Source: Candidatus Woesearchaeota archaeon (GTDB lineage Archaea; Nanobdellota; Nanobdellia; SCGC-AAA011-G17; GW2011-AR20). From it: a DNA stretch of 43,229 nucleotides. The notes under the pieces were generated by a model that saw nothing but the letters and a program-made list of their open reading frames with translations, did no database searches and was not told where the DNA came from. Where the stretch lies: positions 1 through 43,229 of the forward strand of contig JACOZR010000018.1 of NCBI GenBank assembly GCA_016181245.1. The letters are read 5' to 3'. This document shows, in pieces, positions 1 through 7,739 of this stretch (positions are counted from its first letter, which is position 1; every line of letters begins with the position of its first letter). Position numbers and translations under genes: made by a program.

Positions 1-387
1 TTCTTTTAGAGGATAACCTCTAGTCTTGTAATCCAAAACAACTAATTTTCCATCTTTAACTAATAAGTTATCAATAGCACCATGCAATAAAATTCCAGAT
101 TTTAAATCAGTAAATTCAATTCCTTTTCTGTTATTTCTCCATAAATCAAGAAGAGGCTTTTCATTAAATAAGCCATAACCTGCACATTTTTCTTTTATTT
201 CTGGAGGCAATTCATTTTTTTTCATAAATCTGTCAAAATGCTCTTTCAAGATTTTATCCATTCCAGAAGGAAGAGAAGGAAAAACTGAAGAAGGCCTTTT
301 AATATTTTTAACAATATGAAGATAGAAGCATCTAGGACATTCTAACATTAGGTTTATTGAACTGGGACTTAGCTTGTAATTTGGCAT
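1..387 (-). CDS. PD-(D/E)XK nuclease superfamily protein (RecB/Cas4-like), runs off the window edge
   Basis: Not in the ORF track; translated by hand from ATG at 387: MPNYKLSPSSINLMLECPRCFYLHIVKNIKRP...LLHGAIDNLLVKDGKLVVLDYKTRGYPLKE. Has the SPSS..CPRCF N-terminus and GxID...DYKT catalytic motifs. Confidence 0.85.
   Translation of the reverse strand, partial: MPNYKLSPSSINLMLECPRCFYLHIVKNIKRPSSVFPSLPSGMDKILKEHFDRFMKKNELPPEIKEKCAGYGLFNEKPLLDLWRNNRKGIEFTDLKSGILLHGAIDNLLVKDGKLVVLDYKTRGYPLKE
320..350. repeat. 31-bp perfect direct repeat, copy 1
   Basis: AGATAGAAGCATCTAGGACATTCTAACATTA, identical at 1012-1042. Confidence 0.95.
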
Positions 388-403
388 TTTAAAAGCTCCA
401 AAG

Positions 404-418
404 CGAAAAACTTAAATA
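404..418 (+). promoter_or_regulatory. Archaeal BRE-TATA promoter, possibly bidirectional
   Basis: CGAAAAA-CTTAAATA about 23 bp upstream of the stem starting at 441. On the minus strand the same box reads TATTTAAG, about 24 bp upstream of the ATG at 387. Confidence 0.5.
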
Positions 419-440
419 CCTCAATTCCTTAAGATGTTTA

Positions 441-514
441 TACAAGGGAACGCGACCTGACGAAAGCCATATCTTGTTATGGGGAGTAGGACTGACGGAC
501 GCTCTTACCTTGTA
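441..514 (+). ncRNA. Candidate ~74-nt structured RNA, possibly a DUF3800-associated motif
   Basis: GC-enriched island in AT-rich DNA. Terminal stem TACAAGG(441-447)/CCTTGTA(508-514), GCG/CGC, CCT(456-458)/AGG(488-490), hairpin CCATA(467-471)/TATGG(478-482). Upstream TATA present. Confidence 0.5.
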
Positions 515-528
515 AATTTCTTTATATT

Positions 529-975
529 TCACTTTGTTAACCTCTTAATATTTAGTAAATTATCCAGAACAAGACTTGCTTGATATTCACTCGTTCCTTG
601 TATAAGTTCACTCTCTTGCTTTATAACTACATTCTTCCCATCAATGATATTAACCATTTTTCTAAAAGCGATATATTGGCTATTATCTACGGATATAAAA
701 ATGATACAATTCCTGTGGTTTTTCAAAAATTCAAGAACATCCAAAAAAATTTCTACATTTTTGTGCATCTCTTTTATTTTAAATTTCAGAAATGAAGATT
801 TGATATTATCTTTTTTAAAGGTTTTTTTAATATTTCTTAGATAAATTTTTCTATCTCCTGCATTTCGATAGTGTCTGAACCTAGAAAGTTTTGGAAGCAA
901 CTCTTTTAGTTTAACTTTTTCTATCACTGAATAACCTATTAAATTTTCAGAATAATCGATAAAAAACTCTTTCAT
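529..975 (-). CDS. Hypothetical protein, possibly DUF3800-like / RNase H fold
   Basis: 148-aa ORF with acidic residues spaced as in RNase H-like DUF3800 proteins (FIDYSE, ISVDN, SLVLDNL). The family call is tentative because the DES motif is not canonical. Confidence 0.6.
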   Translation of the reverse strand: MKEFFIDYSENLIGYSVIEKVKLKELLPKLSRFRHYRNAGDRKIYLRNIKKTFKKDNIKSSFLKFKIKEMHKNVEIFLDVLEFLKNHRNCIIFISVDNSQYIAFRKMVNIIDGKNVVIKQESELIQGTSEYQASLVLDNLLNIKRLTK

Positions 976-1079
976 TTTGTAGTTAACTCCCTCTGAACTT
1001 TAGCTATTTGGAGATAGAAGCATCTAGGACATTCTAACATTAAGTTTATACTGGATGGCGATAGTTTGTAATTTGGCAT
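972..1079 (-). pseudogene. Truncated second 5' end of the PD-(D/E)XK nuclease gene (35 codons)
   Basis: MPNYKLSPSSINLMLECPRCFYLQIAKVQRELTTK*. First 23 aa identical to the gene at 387. Its TGA overlaps the ATG of 529..975 (ATGA). Confidence 0.8.
1012..1042. repeat. 31-bp perfect direct repeat, copy 2
   Basis: Identical to 320-350, 692 bp apart. Confidence 0.95.
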
Positions 1080-1121
1080 TTTAACCTTAAAATAGTAGAA
1101 TATATGGGTTTTAAAGGGTTT

Positions 1122-1607
1122 TTATGCTGATCTTTTACGATGTAGGAAATTGGATTGAAGCCTTAAATTTTCTATTATTTTGCTTTCTGTCTCCGCAGAT
1201 AGGTTTGTCCATTCATCCTGAAAGTGATTTATTGTTTGTCCTGTTTTATGATTGACTAATATTGTATCCGGCATTTCTTTGAAAAAGCCAACTAGATCGT
1301 CACCTTGCAGCTCATACCATAATCTAAGTTGTTGAATTTTTATTGTTTTGGCAGGAAGATCAGCATCCTTTATAACACAAAGAACCTCGTCTACATTCTC
1401 AGAATTGTGTTTGTGTTTAATAAAAGAACTGGAGTAAATTTCAACCTCTACTTTAACCTTTTTATCTTTTCTAAGCATGATAAAATCTGGAACTTTATCT
1501 TTATTTTCTTCTATTATTTCATCATATCCTAATTCTTTGTAATTTTCTTTAATCCAGTGGATAATCTCATTTTCATACGCGCAAATTATGTTATCAATGT
1601 TTATCAT
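1122..1607 (-). CDS. Restriction-endonuclease-like (PD-(D/E)XK fold) protein
   Basis: VPDF...KVEVE..SSSFIKHKH...DEVLC pattern. Likely start is the ATG at 1607, overlapping the integrase stop (ATGA), not 1664. Confidence 0.6.
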   Translation of the reverse strand: MINIDNIICAYENEIIHWIKENYKELGYDEIIEENKDKVPDFIMLRKDKKVKVEVEIYSSSFIKHKHNSENVDEVLCVIKDADLPAKTIKIQQLRLWYELQGDDLVGFFKEMPDTILVNHKTGQTINHFQDEWTNLSAETESKIIENLRLQSNFLHRKRSA

Positions 1608-2458
1608 TGTTTTCCTCCGCAGCCCGAGCAAAAATTTGCATCGGAATTTAGCTTCATTCCGCAATTAGAGCAATACTTTGAATCTGTCTTAATTTTTGAA
1701 GAAAAAGGCTGATGCTCTTCATAATCTTTTCTGCGAACAGAATCAATAATCTTGGTATATTCATTGGTTATTGAGATATTTGAATGACCTAATTGATCCC
1801 TAACACTAATAATGCTCACTCCTTTCTTTATTGCATTAACTGCGTGTGTATGCCTGAATTTATGGGCAGATACCCTATTTACATCCAATCCTGCTTGTTT
1901 TGCTATTGATTTTATTTTTTTTGTTATTCCCTTAACTGTATAAGGTTTATTCCAGTTGCTCAAAAACAAATAATCCTCATTTTTCTTATTGCCAATGTAC
2001 AACCTAAGACTTTGTAAGAAGTCTTCATTGAAGAATAAAGCGGTTCTTTGTTGTTTCCCTTTTGTTTCTTTCAATAGAACAAACTTATTGTTGAAATCTA
2101 TGTCTTTTATCCTTACCCTGGCTGCCTCACTTGGCCTACATCCAGTGTTATATAAAAACTTCATTAAAATCTCTGTTCTGATATCATTCTGCAACCTTAA
2201 CACTTCAAACATCTTGTTCATTTCTTCATCGGACAAGAATACTGGTAATTTTCTTTCTTTTTTAGGTCTTTTTAGATAAGATATTTCTTTCTCAGTTAAA
2301 TGCTTAATAATCTCTGATTCTGGAAGGCGGCCAACTTCCTTTATCAGGTCTTTTCTTTTTTTCAAGATGTGAACATTAGGGGGTGTATTAGTTATCTTGC
2401 TTAATACATCAACAAGTACTGCATTACTAATATATTGTGAGGGATATCTGTTTATCAT
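1604..2458 (-). CDS. Tyrosine recombinase/integrase (Xer-like) with C-terminal double zinc ribbon
   Basis: TGCRPSE, KETKG, HKFRH, LGH and EYT catalytic set; C-terminal CSNCG...FCSGCG. Confidence 0.92.
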   Translation of the reverse strand: MINRYPSQYISNAVLVDVLSKITNTPPNVHILKKRKDLIKEVGRLPESEIIKHLTEKEISYLKRPKKERKLPVFLSDEEMNKMFEVLRLQNDIRTEILMKFLYNTGCRPSEAARVRIKDIDFNNKFVLLKETKGKQQRTALFFNEDFLQSLRLYIGNKKNEDYLFLSNWNKPYTVKGITKKIKSIAKQAGLDVNRVSAHKFRHTHAVNAIKKGVSIISVRDQLGHSNISITNEYTKIIDSVRRKDYEEHQPFSSKIKTDSKYCSNCGMKLNSDANFCSGCGGKQ

Positions 2459-2688
2459 AGTTAAAAGTTCCCTTTTGTTAGTTTAAAGGGGTTTATTTAT
2501 AAATGAAAGTCGACTTAATAGATATTAACGCTACTTTTATATAAATATTTGGTTATTCTAGAATACAATTAAAACTTTTAATCTTTGATTAAATTATTCT
2601 TCAAAGTTTATGCTTAAATATTTTAAGCTTTGACTGTAGTTTTTATCTATAGCATAAATCTAAATTGTTTAATAAATGCTTAAACATT

Positions 2689-3094
2689 TTAGCCAGTCAT
2701 TCTAGTTACTAAATGTTCATAAAAATGGCTTGAATCTTCTGGTCTATCTCTGTGCTGCTCTTGCATTAAACTTTCTCTGGGAACTAATGCTGTTCTTTCT
2801 GTTACTTCCTGCTCATAAATAGATACATTTTCTGTAAATTTCTGTAAGCTAGGAATTACCCTTTCTAAATATACTCCATAATTTACATATGTTAAGTTAA
2901 TTTTCTTTCTTCTTCTAGTAATGATAAGAAGGAATCTATTATTACAGAAGCCTGTGTTGAATTTTGAACTGATTCTAAAGTTTTTCTATTTCTGCTTTTG
3001 TCATACGTCCTTCATATCTGTTCATTAACAATAAAACATCATCTGCCAGATAAGAAAGATCGCACTTATCAATTCGTTTTCTTCTGTCTCTCAT
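2689..3094 (-). pseudogene. One or two short frameshifted ORF remnants
   Basis: GGAGTGA-like RBS, then MRDRRKRIDKCDLSYLADDVLLLMNRYEGRMTKAEIEKL* (3094-2975). One extra A in the A5 run would extend it as ...EKTLESVQNSTQASVIIDSFLSLLEEERKLT*. A second frame (LERVIPSLQKF...HLVTRMTG*), lacking a start at its 5' end, ends at 2689. Confidence 0.35.
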
Positions 3095-3134
3095 TTTTAC
3101 ATCACTCCTATGTTTTTGTTATTGATTAAAACTT

Positions 3135-3776
3135 TTAAACTTTTACTTTCTTCTTTATTTTTTGTCTTTTTTCTTTTGTTTCTTGTATTAAATCAAGACC
3201 ATTCTTGGTTATTGCTACAAAACTTTCTTTCCCTACTCTTTGTTTCTTAATTAATCCCCAGGTATGTAATATTGTTAAATAATCCGATATTGTTGATCTA
3301 ACGCTGTTGTACAGCTTTCCAGAATAATGTAAGTTGGCTATTGATCTTAATGAGACTTTATTGCTGTTAGTCTGTTTTTGTATTTGATATATAGTTTTGA
3401 AGAGATCCAGCTGGGTCTTTGTCAACGATGAGAATATCTCATTTTTTTGGACCCTTTCTGGACCCTCTTCTAATGGCAGCTCTTCTTGAAGTCTAAAGTT
3501 CCGTTTTTCTTCGATTAGAGGAGTGGGAGCCTGTTCTCTTAGTAACATCGTGCTTACAATTGAATTCAGTTGGTTCTCTATTTTTAGAAGTCTTAACTCG
3601 TGCTCTCTTAGTTTTAAACGATGATCTTGTGTATTTTCGTGGGTATTTTCAGTCCATTTGTGTAGTCTGTCTATGTCTTCCCTTATGTTGGAAAATGTTA
3701 GTTTTAATGTTTCATGGAGCCTTTGAAATCTATCTTCAAAATCATCATCTTTTCTTCCGAATATCCAGAAACCCAT
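3135..3776 (-). CDS. N-terminal coiled-coil plus C-terminal winged helix-turn-helix protein
   Basis: Heptad-like N-terminus; LTKTQLDLFKTIYQ...SLRSIA...STISDYLTILHTWGLIKKQRVGK is wHTH-like. Confidence 0.8.
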   Translation of the reverse strand: MGFWIFGRKDDDFEDRFQRLHETLKLTFSNIREDIDRLHKWTENTHENTQDHRLKLREHELRLLKIENQLNSIVSTMLLREQAPTPLIEEKRNFRLQEELPLEEGPERVQKNEIFSSLTKTQLDLFKTIYQIQKQTNSNKVSLRSIANLHYSGKLYNSVRSTISDYLTILHTWGLIKKQRVGKESFVAITKNGLDLIQETKEKRQKIKKKVKV

Positions 3777-3823
3777 GAGATTGTGAATATTTACTCATAT
3801 TTATACTTTTTCATATTCTAGTT

Positions 3824-3886
3824 TAAACGTCTTAGACGTCTGTAGACATGTCGTAGACGTCTTAGAAGTTCGTAGACGTCTTAGAA
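3824..3886. repeat. Helically phased TAGACGTC-type tandem repeats
   Basis: TAGA at 3833, 3843, 3854, 3863, 3873, 3882; exact 17-mer TCGTAGACGTCTTAGAA at 3851-3867 and 3870-3886; GACGTC palindromes. Confidence 0.9.
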
Positions 3887-3977
3887 ATGTTATTTTTATC
3901 GTTGATGAGTCAATATTTTGTATTTCTTTATAGAATTTGATTATTGCTTAATTTTATTTGTTTTAAACAATAAAGGC

Positions 3978-4406
3978 AAAAGTGAGACTCCATTTTAATG
4001 GATTTTTACATTATTTTGATGGTACTTAGGTAGTTCTAGTTTTAGAAGAGCTTATTTCTTGATTTTATCAAAAAAGTGAGAGTTTATTTGAGTTTGATCT
4101 GCTAATTTGGATGTAAAAGTCATAATTTTGCAGATTTAGCAAGCCAGAAGTGCATATAATCAGTTATTTTACCGAAAATGAGAGTTCAGATAGTCTTATT
4201 ATCGTTTTTTATGATTAAAAGTAGCAGTTTTACAAAATAAATTTGGCCATTTTAAATGAATTTTATCGGAAAATGAGTTTTAATCATTGTTGATTAATGA
4301 TTATCGAATAGAGAAATTTGTGTGTTTGAGCCACTTTGCCTTAATTTTAGCAGTTTGGAAGCTAAATTAAGCTCTTTTAACTCTTTTTTTATAGAAAGTG
4401 AGACTT
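3978..4406. repeat. Spaced ~21-bp motif ATTTTAYC-RAAAR-TGAGA[G/C]TT at ~95-125 bp intervals
   Basis: Copies at 3978-3989 (partial), 4062-4084, 4166-4186, 4260-4280 and 4387-4406. Confidence 0.6.
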
Positions 4407-4908
4407 TCTTATTATATTGTCTTGTTTTATCTATTGGGATTCCCTTGTTTATCATTGAATTTACGTAGTTTCTGATGCTTATTTCTGTTAATTTAAGGGT
4501 TTTTGAGATATCTTGGTATCTTACAGATCCTTGACCAAATTCATCTTCTAAATGGTAAATTGCCATAAAAACTGAAAATTCTCTGTCAGTTAAGCCCCTA
4601 AAGAGGCTTTCAAACTCTTTTTTTACTGTTTCCAATGATTGATTGTGATTGATGATTGTTGATGATTGTTGATGATTGTCGTTTACCCCATTATTTCCAC
4701 TGGAGTTTTTATAAAAAAAAGTTAATTTATCCTTTATTTCACTTAAAGAGTTTAATAAGTCATTTATTTTAATTTCTAATGCTTTTTTATCCTCTTTTTG
4801 CAATAAAAGTTCTTTTTTTGTTGATTCTATCTCATTTCTAAAGAATTCCATGTCTTTTCTTACGTTTTCAAAGGAATTTCTGAGTCTTTCCTCATTATAA
4901 TCGGCCAT
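4294..4908 (-). CDS. N-terminal coiled-coil plus C-terminal winged helix-turn-helix protein
   Basis: LTDREFSVFMAIYHLE...YQDISKTLKLTEISIRNYVNSMINKGIPIDK. Same architecture as 3135..3776. Confidence 0.85.
   Translation of the reverse strand: MADYNEERLRNSFENVRKDMEFFRNEIESTKKELLLQKEDKKALEIKINDLLNSLSEIKDKLTFFYKNSSGNNGVNDNHQQSSTIINHNQSLETVKKEFESLFRGLTDREFSVFMAIYHLEDEFGQGSVRYQDISKTLKLTEISIRNYVNSMINKGIPIDKTRQYNKKVSLSIKKELKELNLASKLLKLRQSGSNTQISLFDNH
4635..4680. repeat. Intragenic 10-bp tandem repeat (GATGATTGTT)
   Basis: Three tandem 10-mers at 4651-4680 plus degenerate copies at 4635 and 4645. Confidence 0.9.
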
Positions 4909-4934
4909 TTTGATGATAAAAGCTTGAGATTTAT

Positions 4935-4995
4935 ATGATTAATTGTGTTATTTAATGATTGTTTGATGATTAGCAATGATTATTAATGATTGATT
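4935..4995. repeat. Phased ATGATT repeats upstream of the second wHTH gene
   Basis: ATGATT at 4935, 4955, 4966, 4976, 4986, abutting a minus-strand TATAAAT at about 4929-4935. Confidence 0.8.
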
Positions 4996-5209
4996 AGAAT
5001 TCTGATAATGACTTTGTCTCTTTTTCCTTTATTTTGGCATCTTTCCAGGAACACTTATCTTTTTTCATTATCTTTAATATCCTTAGTTCCTTGTGCATTG
5101 GAATAGAATAATTATTTTATTTATATAGAATATTGAAGTAGGTAATACTTTTCTTGTCATAACTTAAAGCTGTTGGAGTATGTTTATATTAGAATTAATT
5201 TTAGAGTGA

Positions 5210-5650
5210 CTAACCAATGTAATCTTGTGGATTTACAGATGGAGGAACTATCCTTGGCATTGGAATATGAGAAGGTAAATTTACTTCTTGTGTCAAAAGG
5301 AGCGCCTTAACATTTGATCTTCTGAATATTAAATTAATTAATTGTGCCTTAAGATCATCTGGAACATCTTTCTTTTCATCCCAATGTTCTTTAATCTCTT
5401 TTATTTTCTCTTTATCTTCTGTATAGATTATATTGCCATTCATACCTAATTCGCCTATTTGCGGCGTATACCTAATAGAGAATTCAAAAACAAACCTTAA
5501 GGCTTTTTGTTTATCTTGCAGTTTTAGCTCGTAATCTTGCATGTCTTTTATACTCACATTATATGTTACTTTGAAATCGCCTCCTTTTTTTACTTCTTCT
5601 TCCTTTTTTTCTACACTTAGTTTATCGTAGTTGAATCCCACTATTGTCAT
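5210..5650 (-). CDS. Conserved archaeal hypothetical protein, possibly SecB-like fold
   Basis: 146 aa; MTIVGFNYDKLSVEK N-terminus, beta-rich core, C-terminal VNLPSHIPMPRI...YIG. Confidence 0.65.
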   Translation of the reverse strand: MTIVGFNYDKLSVEKKEEEVKKGGDFKVTYNVSIKDMQDYELKLQDKQKALRFVFEFSIRYTPQIGELGMNGNIIYTEDKEKIKEIKEHWDEKKDVPDDLKAQLINLIFRRSNVKALLLTQEVNLPSHIPMPRIVPPSVNPQDYIG

Positions 5651-5734
5651 GTTCTTAGTTTTTGTGAGAAGTTATATAAATCTTGTGGAAGTTTATTAGA
5701 AAACTTTTTAATCAAGCTTATCTCAAGATTTACA

Positions 5735-7429
5735 ATGTCCTCTGCCATTTTTAAAAAAGAAATTGCTAAAATTCTTTCACTAGTTTTAGGAAAGGAAATA
5801 GATGCGCCTGTTATTGAAGTTCCTCCTGATCCTTTGATGGGTGATTATGCATTTCCTTGTTTCAGTCTTGCTAAAGAAATGAAACAAAATCCTAATGAGA
5901 TTGCTAAAAGTTTATTAGAAAAGATTAAACCGAATAAGTATATTGATTCTGTTAAAGCTATTGGGCCTTATGTGAACTTTTTTGTTAAGAAGGATTTGTT
6001 GTTTAGTGATGTACTCGTGGGCATATCTTCACATAAAGAAAAGTATGGCAAGAAAAAAATTAAAGGAAAAACTGTTTTGTTAGAGGGATGGCAGCCTAAT
6101 ACGCACAAAGCATTTCATATAGGTCATGTCAGAAATGCTGTGCTCGGTGAAAGCGTTGCGAGAATCCTTGAGTTTTATGGTTATAAAGTCATAAGGGTTT
6201 CTTATATGGGGGATATTGGGGCACATGTAGCAAAATGGATTTGGTATTTTAATAAATTCTATAATGGGGGCATTCCAAAAAATAATGTTGGTAAGTGGGC
6301 AGGCAACCTTTATACCTTAGCTAGCATTAAGGAAGAAGAAAATGAAACATATAAAGATGAAATAAATGAAGTTCAGAAAAAACTTGAAGAAGGAGATAAA
6401 AAATTAGTTAATCTCTGGAAAAAAACTAGGGAGTTATGTTTGAATGATTTTTGGAAAATCTATAAAGAGCTTGATTGCGATATAAAGGAGAAGTATTTTG
6501 AAAGCGAAGTTGAAGTGCTTGGAAAAAAAACAGTTATGGACCTTGTAAAGAAAAAATTAGCTTTTTATGATGATGGAGCTGTTGTTATTGATCTTAAGAA
6601 ATATGAGTTGGGTGTATTTGTTTTGTTGAAGAGTAATGGGACTTCTTTGTACTCTACTAAAGATATTGCTCTTGCTTATCTTAAATCTAAAAATCATAAA
6701 TTTGACCTTTCCTTGTATATTGTTGCCAGCGAACAAGAATTCTACTTCCAGCAGCTGTTTAAGACCCTAGATATCATTAAATATAAAGATGCTTCTAAGT
6801 TGAGACATGTTTCTTACGGGCTTGTGATGTTAAAAGATGGAAAAATGTCTTCAAGAGAAGGAAACATAATTCTTTATGAAGATGTTCGTGATGATCTTGT
6901 GAAAAAAGCCTCTGACATCATAAGAGAAAGAGGCTTTAGTAGTAATAAGAAAGAGAAAATTGCTGAAAATGTTGCTTTGGGGGCTATGAAGTTTACTATG
7001 CTTAATCAAGATTCTAATAGAGAAATTATTTTTGACCCTGAACAAGCTTTATCTTTTGAAGGGGAAACAGGACCGTATATTCAGTATACCTATGCAAGGA
7101 CATGCAGCATTTTAAAAAGATATAAAGGAAATGTTAAGGGGGAGGTTGATTTTTCTTTGCTGAATAATGAAGAGGAGAAGAAAATTGTTAAGATTCTTGC
7201 TGATTTCCCAGAAATAGTTGAAAAGGCTGCACTTTCTTATAAGCCAAACTTAATTTGTAAATTCTTATTAGATATTAGCCATGCGTTTAATGAGTACTAC
7301 CATAAGCACAAGATATTGCAAGAAGACAAAAAATTGGAGGAAGCTAGGATATTACTTGTTTTTTGTTTAAAACATGTATTAGAAAACGGACTTGGATTAT
7401 TAAGTATTAAAGCGGTTTCTGAAATGTAA
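5735..7429 (+). CDS. argS: Arginine--tRNA ligase
   Basis: PNTHKAFHIGH (HIGH), KMSSR (KMSKS), GPYIQYTYAR anticodon-domain motif. Confidence 0.97.
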   Translation: MSSAIFKKEIAKILSLVLGKEIDAPVIEVPPDPLMGDYAFPCFSLAKEMKQNPNEIAKSLLEKIKPNKYIDSVKAIGPYVNFFVKKDLLFSDVLVGISSHKEKYGKKKIKGKTVLLEGWQPNTHKAFHIGHVRNAVLGESVARILEFYGYKVIRVSYMGDIGAHVAKWIWYFNKFYNGGIPKNNVGKWAGNLYTLASIKEEENETYKDEINEVQKKLEEGDKKLVNLWKKTRELCLNDFWKIYKELDCDIKEKYFESEVEVLGKKTVMDLVKKKLAFYDDGAVVIDLKKYELGVFVLLKSNGTSLYSTKDIALAYLKSKNHKFDLSLYIVASEQEFYFQQLFKTLDIIKYKDASKLRHVSYGLVMLKDGKMSSREGNIILYEDVRDDLVKKASDIIRERGFSSNKKEKIAENVALGAMKFTMLNQDSNREIIFDPEQALSFEGETGPYIQYTYARTCSILKRYKGNVKGEVDFSLLNNEEEKKIVKILADFPEIVEKAALSYKPNLICKFLLDISHAFNEYYHKHKILQEDKKLEEARILLVFCLKHVLENGLGLLSIKAVSEM

Positions 7430-7469
7430 TCCGTTTAACCGCATAGCTTATATATTTGTATAACTTTGT

Positions 7470-7739
7470 TTGATTGTGAGCAAAATATCTTTGAAAAAAG
7501 AAGCTAGGATTAAGGAAGACATACTAAGACTTCTTTATGACAAATATCCCGAGTTTCATTATACGAGTGTTGTTTCTTATGAGACTTTAAGGAATAATGA
7601 ATTTATTTTGAGATTGTTAAATGAATTGACAAAAGAAGGGCTTGTTTCTTTTATTGATGAAAAAGGAGGGAGGGGTATAAGGAAAAAATGGTGCTTAAAG
7701 AAGGAAGTTTTTGAAAAGTATAAAGAATTACTACCCTAA
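7470..7739 (+). CDS. Small winged-helix protein
   Basis: ILRLLYD...[19 protein letters not shown] wHTH-like pattern; overlaps the lonB C-half stop convergently. Confidence 0.65.
   Translation: MIVSKISLKKEARIKEDILRLLYDKYPEFHYTSVVSYETLRNNEFILRLLNELTKEGLVSFIDEKGGRGIRKKWCLKKEVFEKYKELLP

Noticed and set aside
441-514. Hammerhead ribozyme, tRNA or box C/D sRNA reading of the structured element
   Set aside because: CUGACGA is not followed by stem II-GAAA-stem III. There is no cloverleaf or TTCG T-arm. The UGACGA/CUGA pair lacks a proper flanking k-turn stem and C'/D' boxes.
3824-4406. CRISPR array
   Set aside because: Repeats are either tandem without spacers or degenerate with ~75-bp gaps, and no cas operon is present. 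The Cas4-like nuclease at 1-387 is stand-alone in this window.
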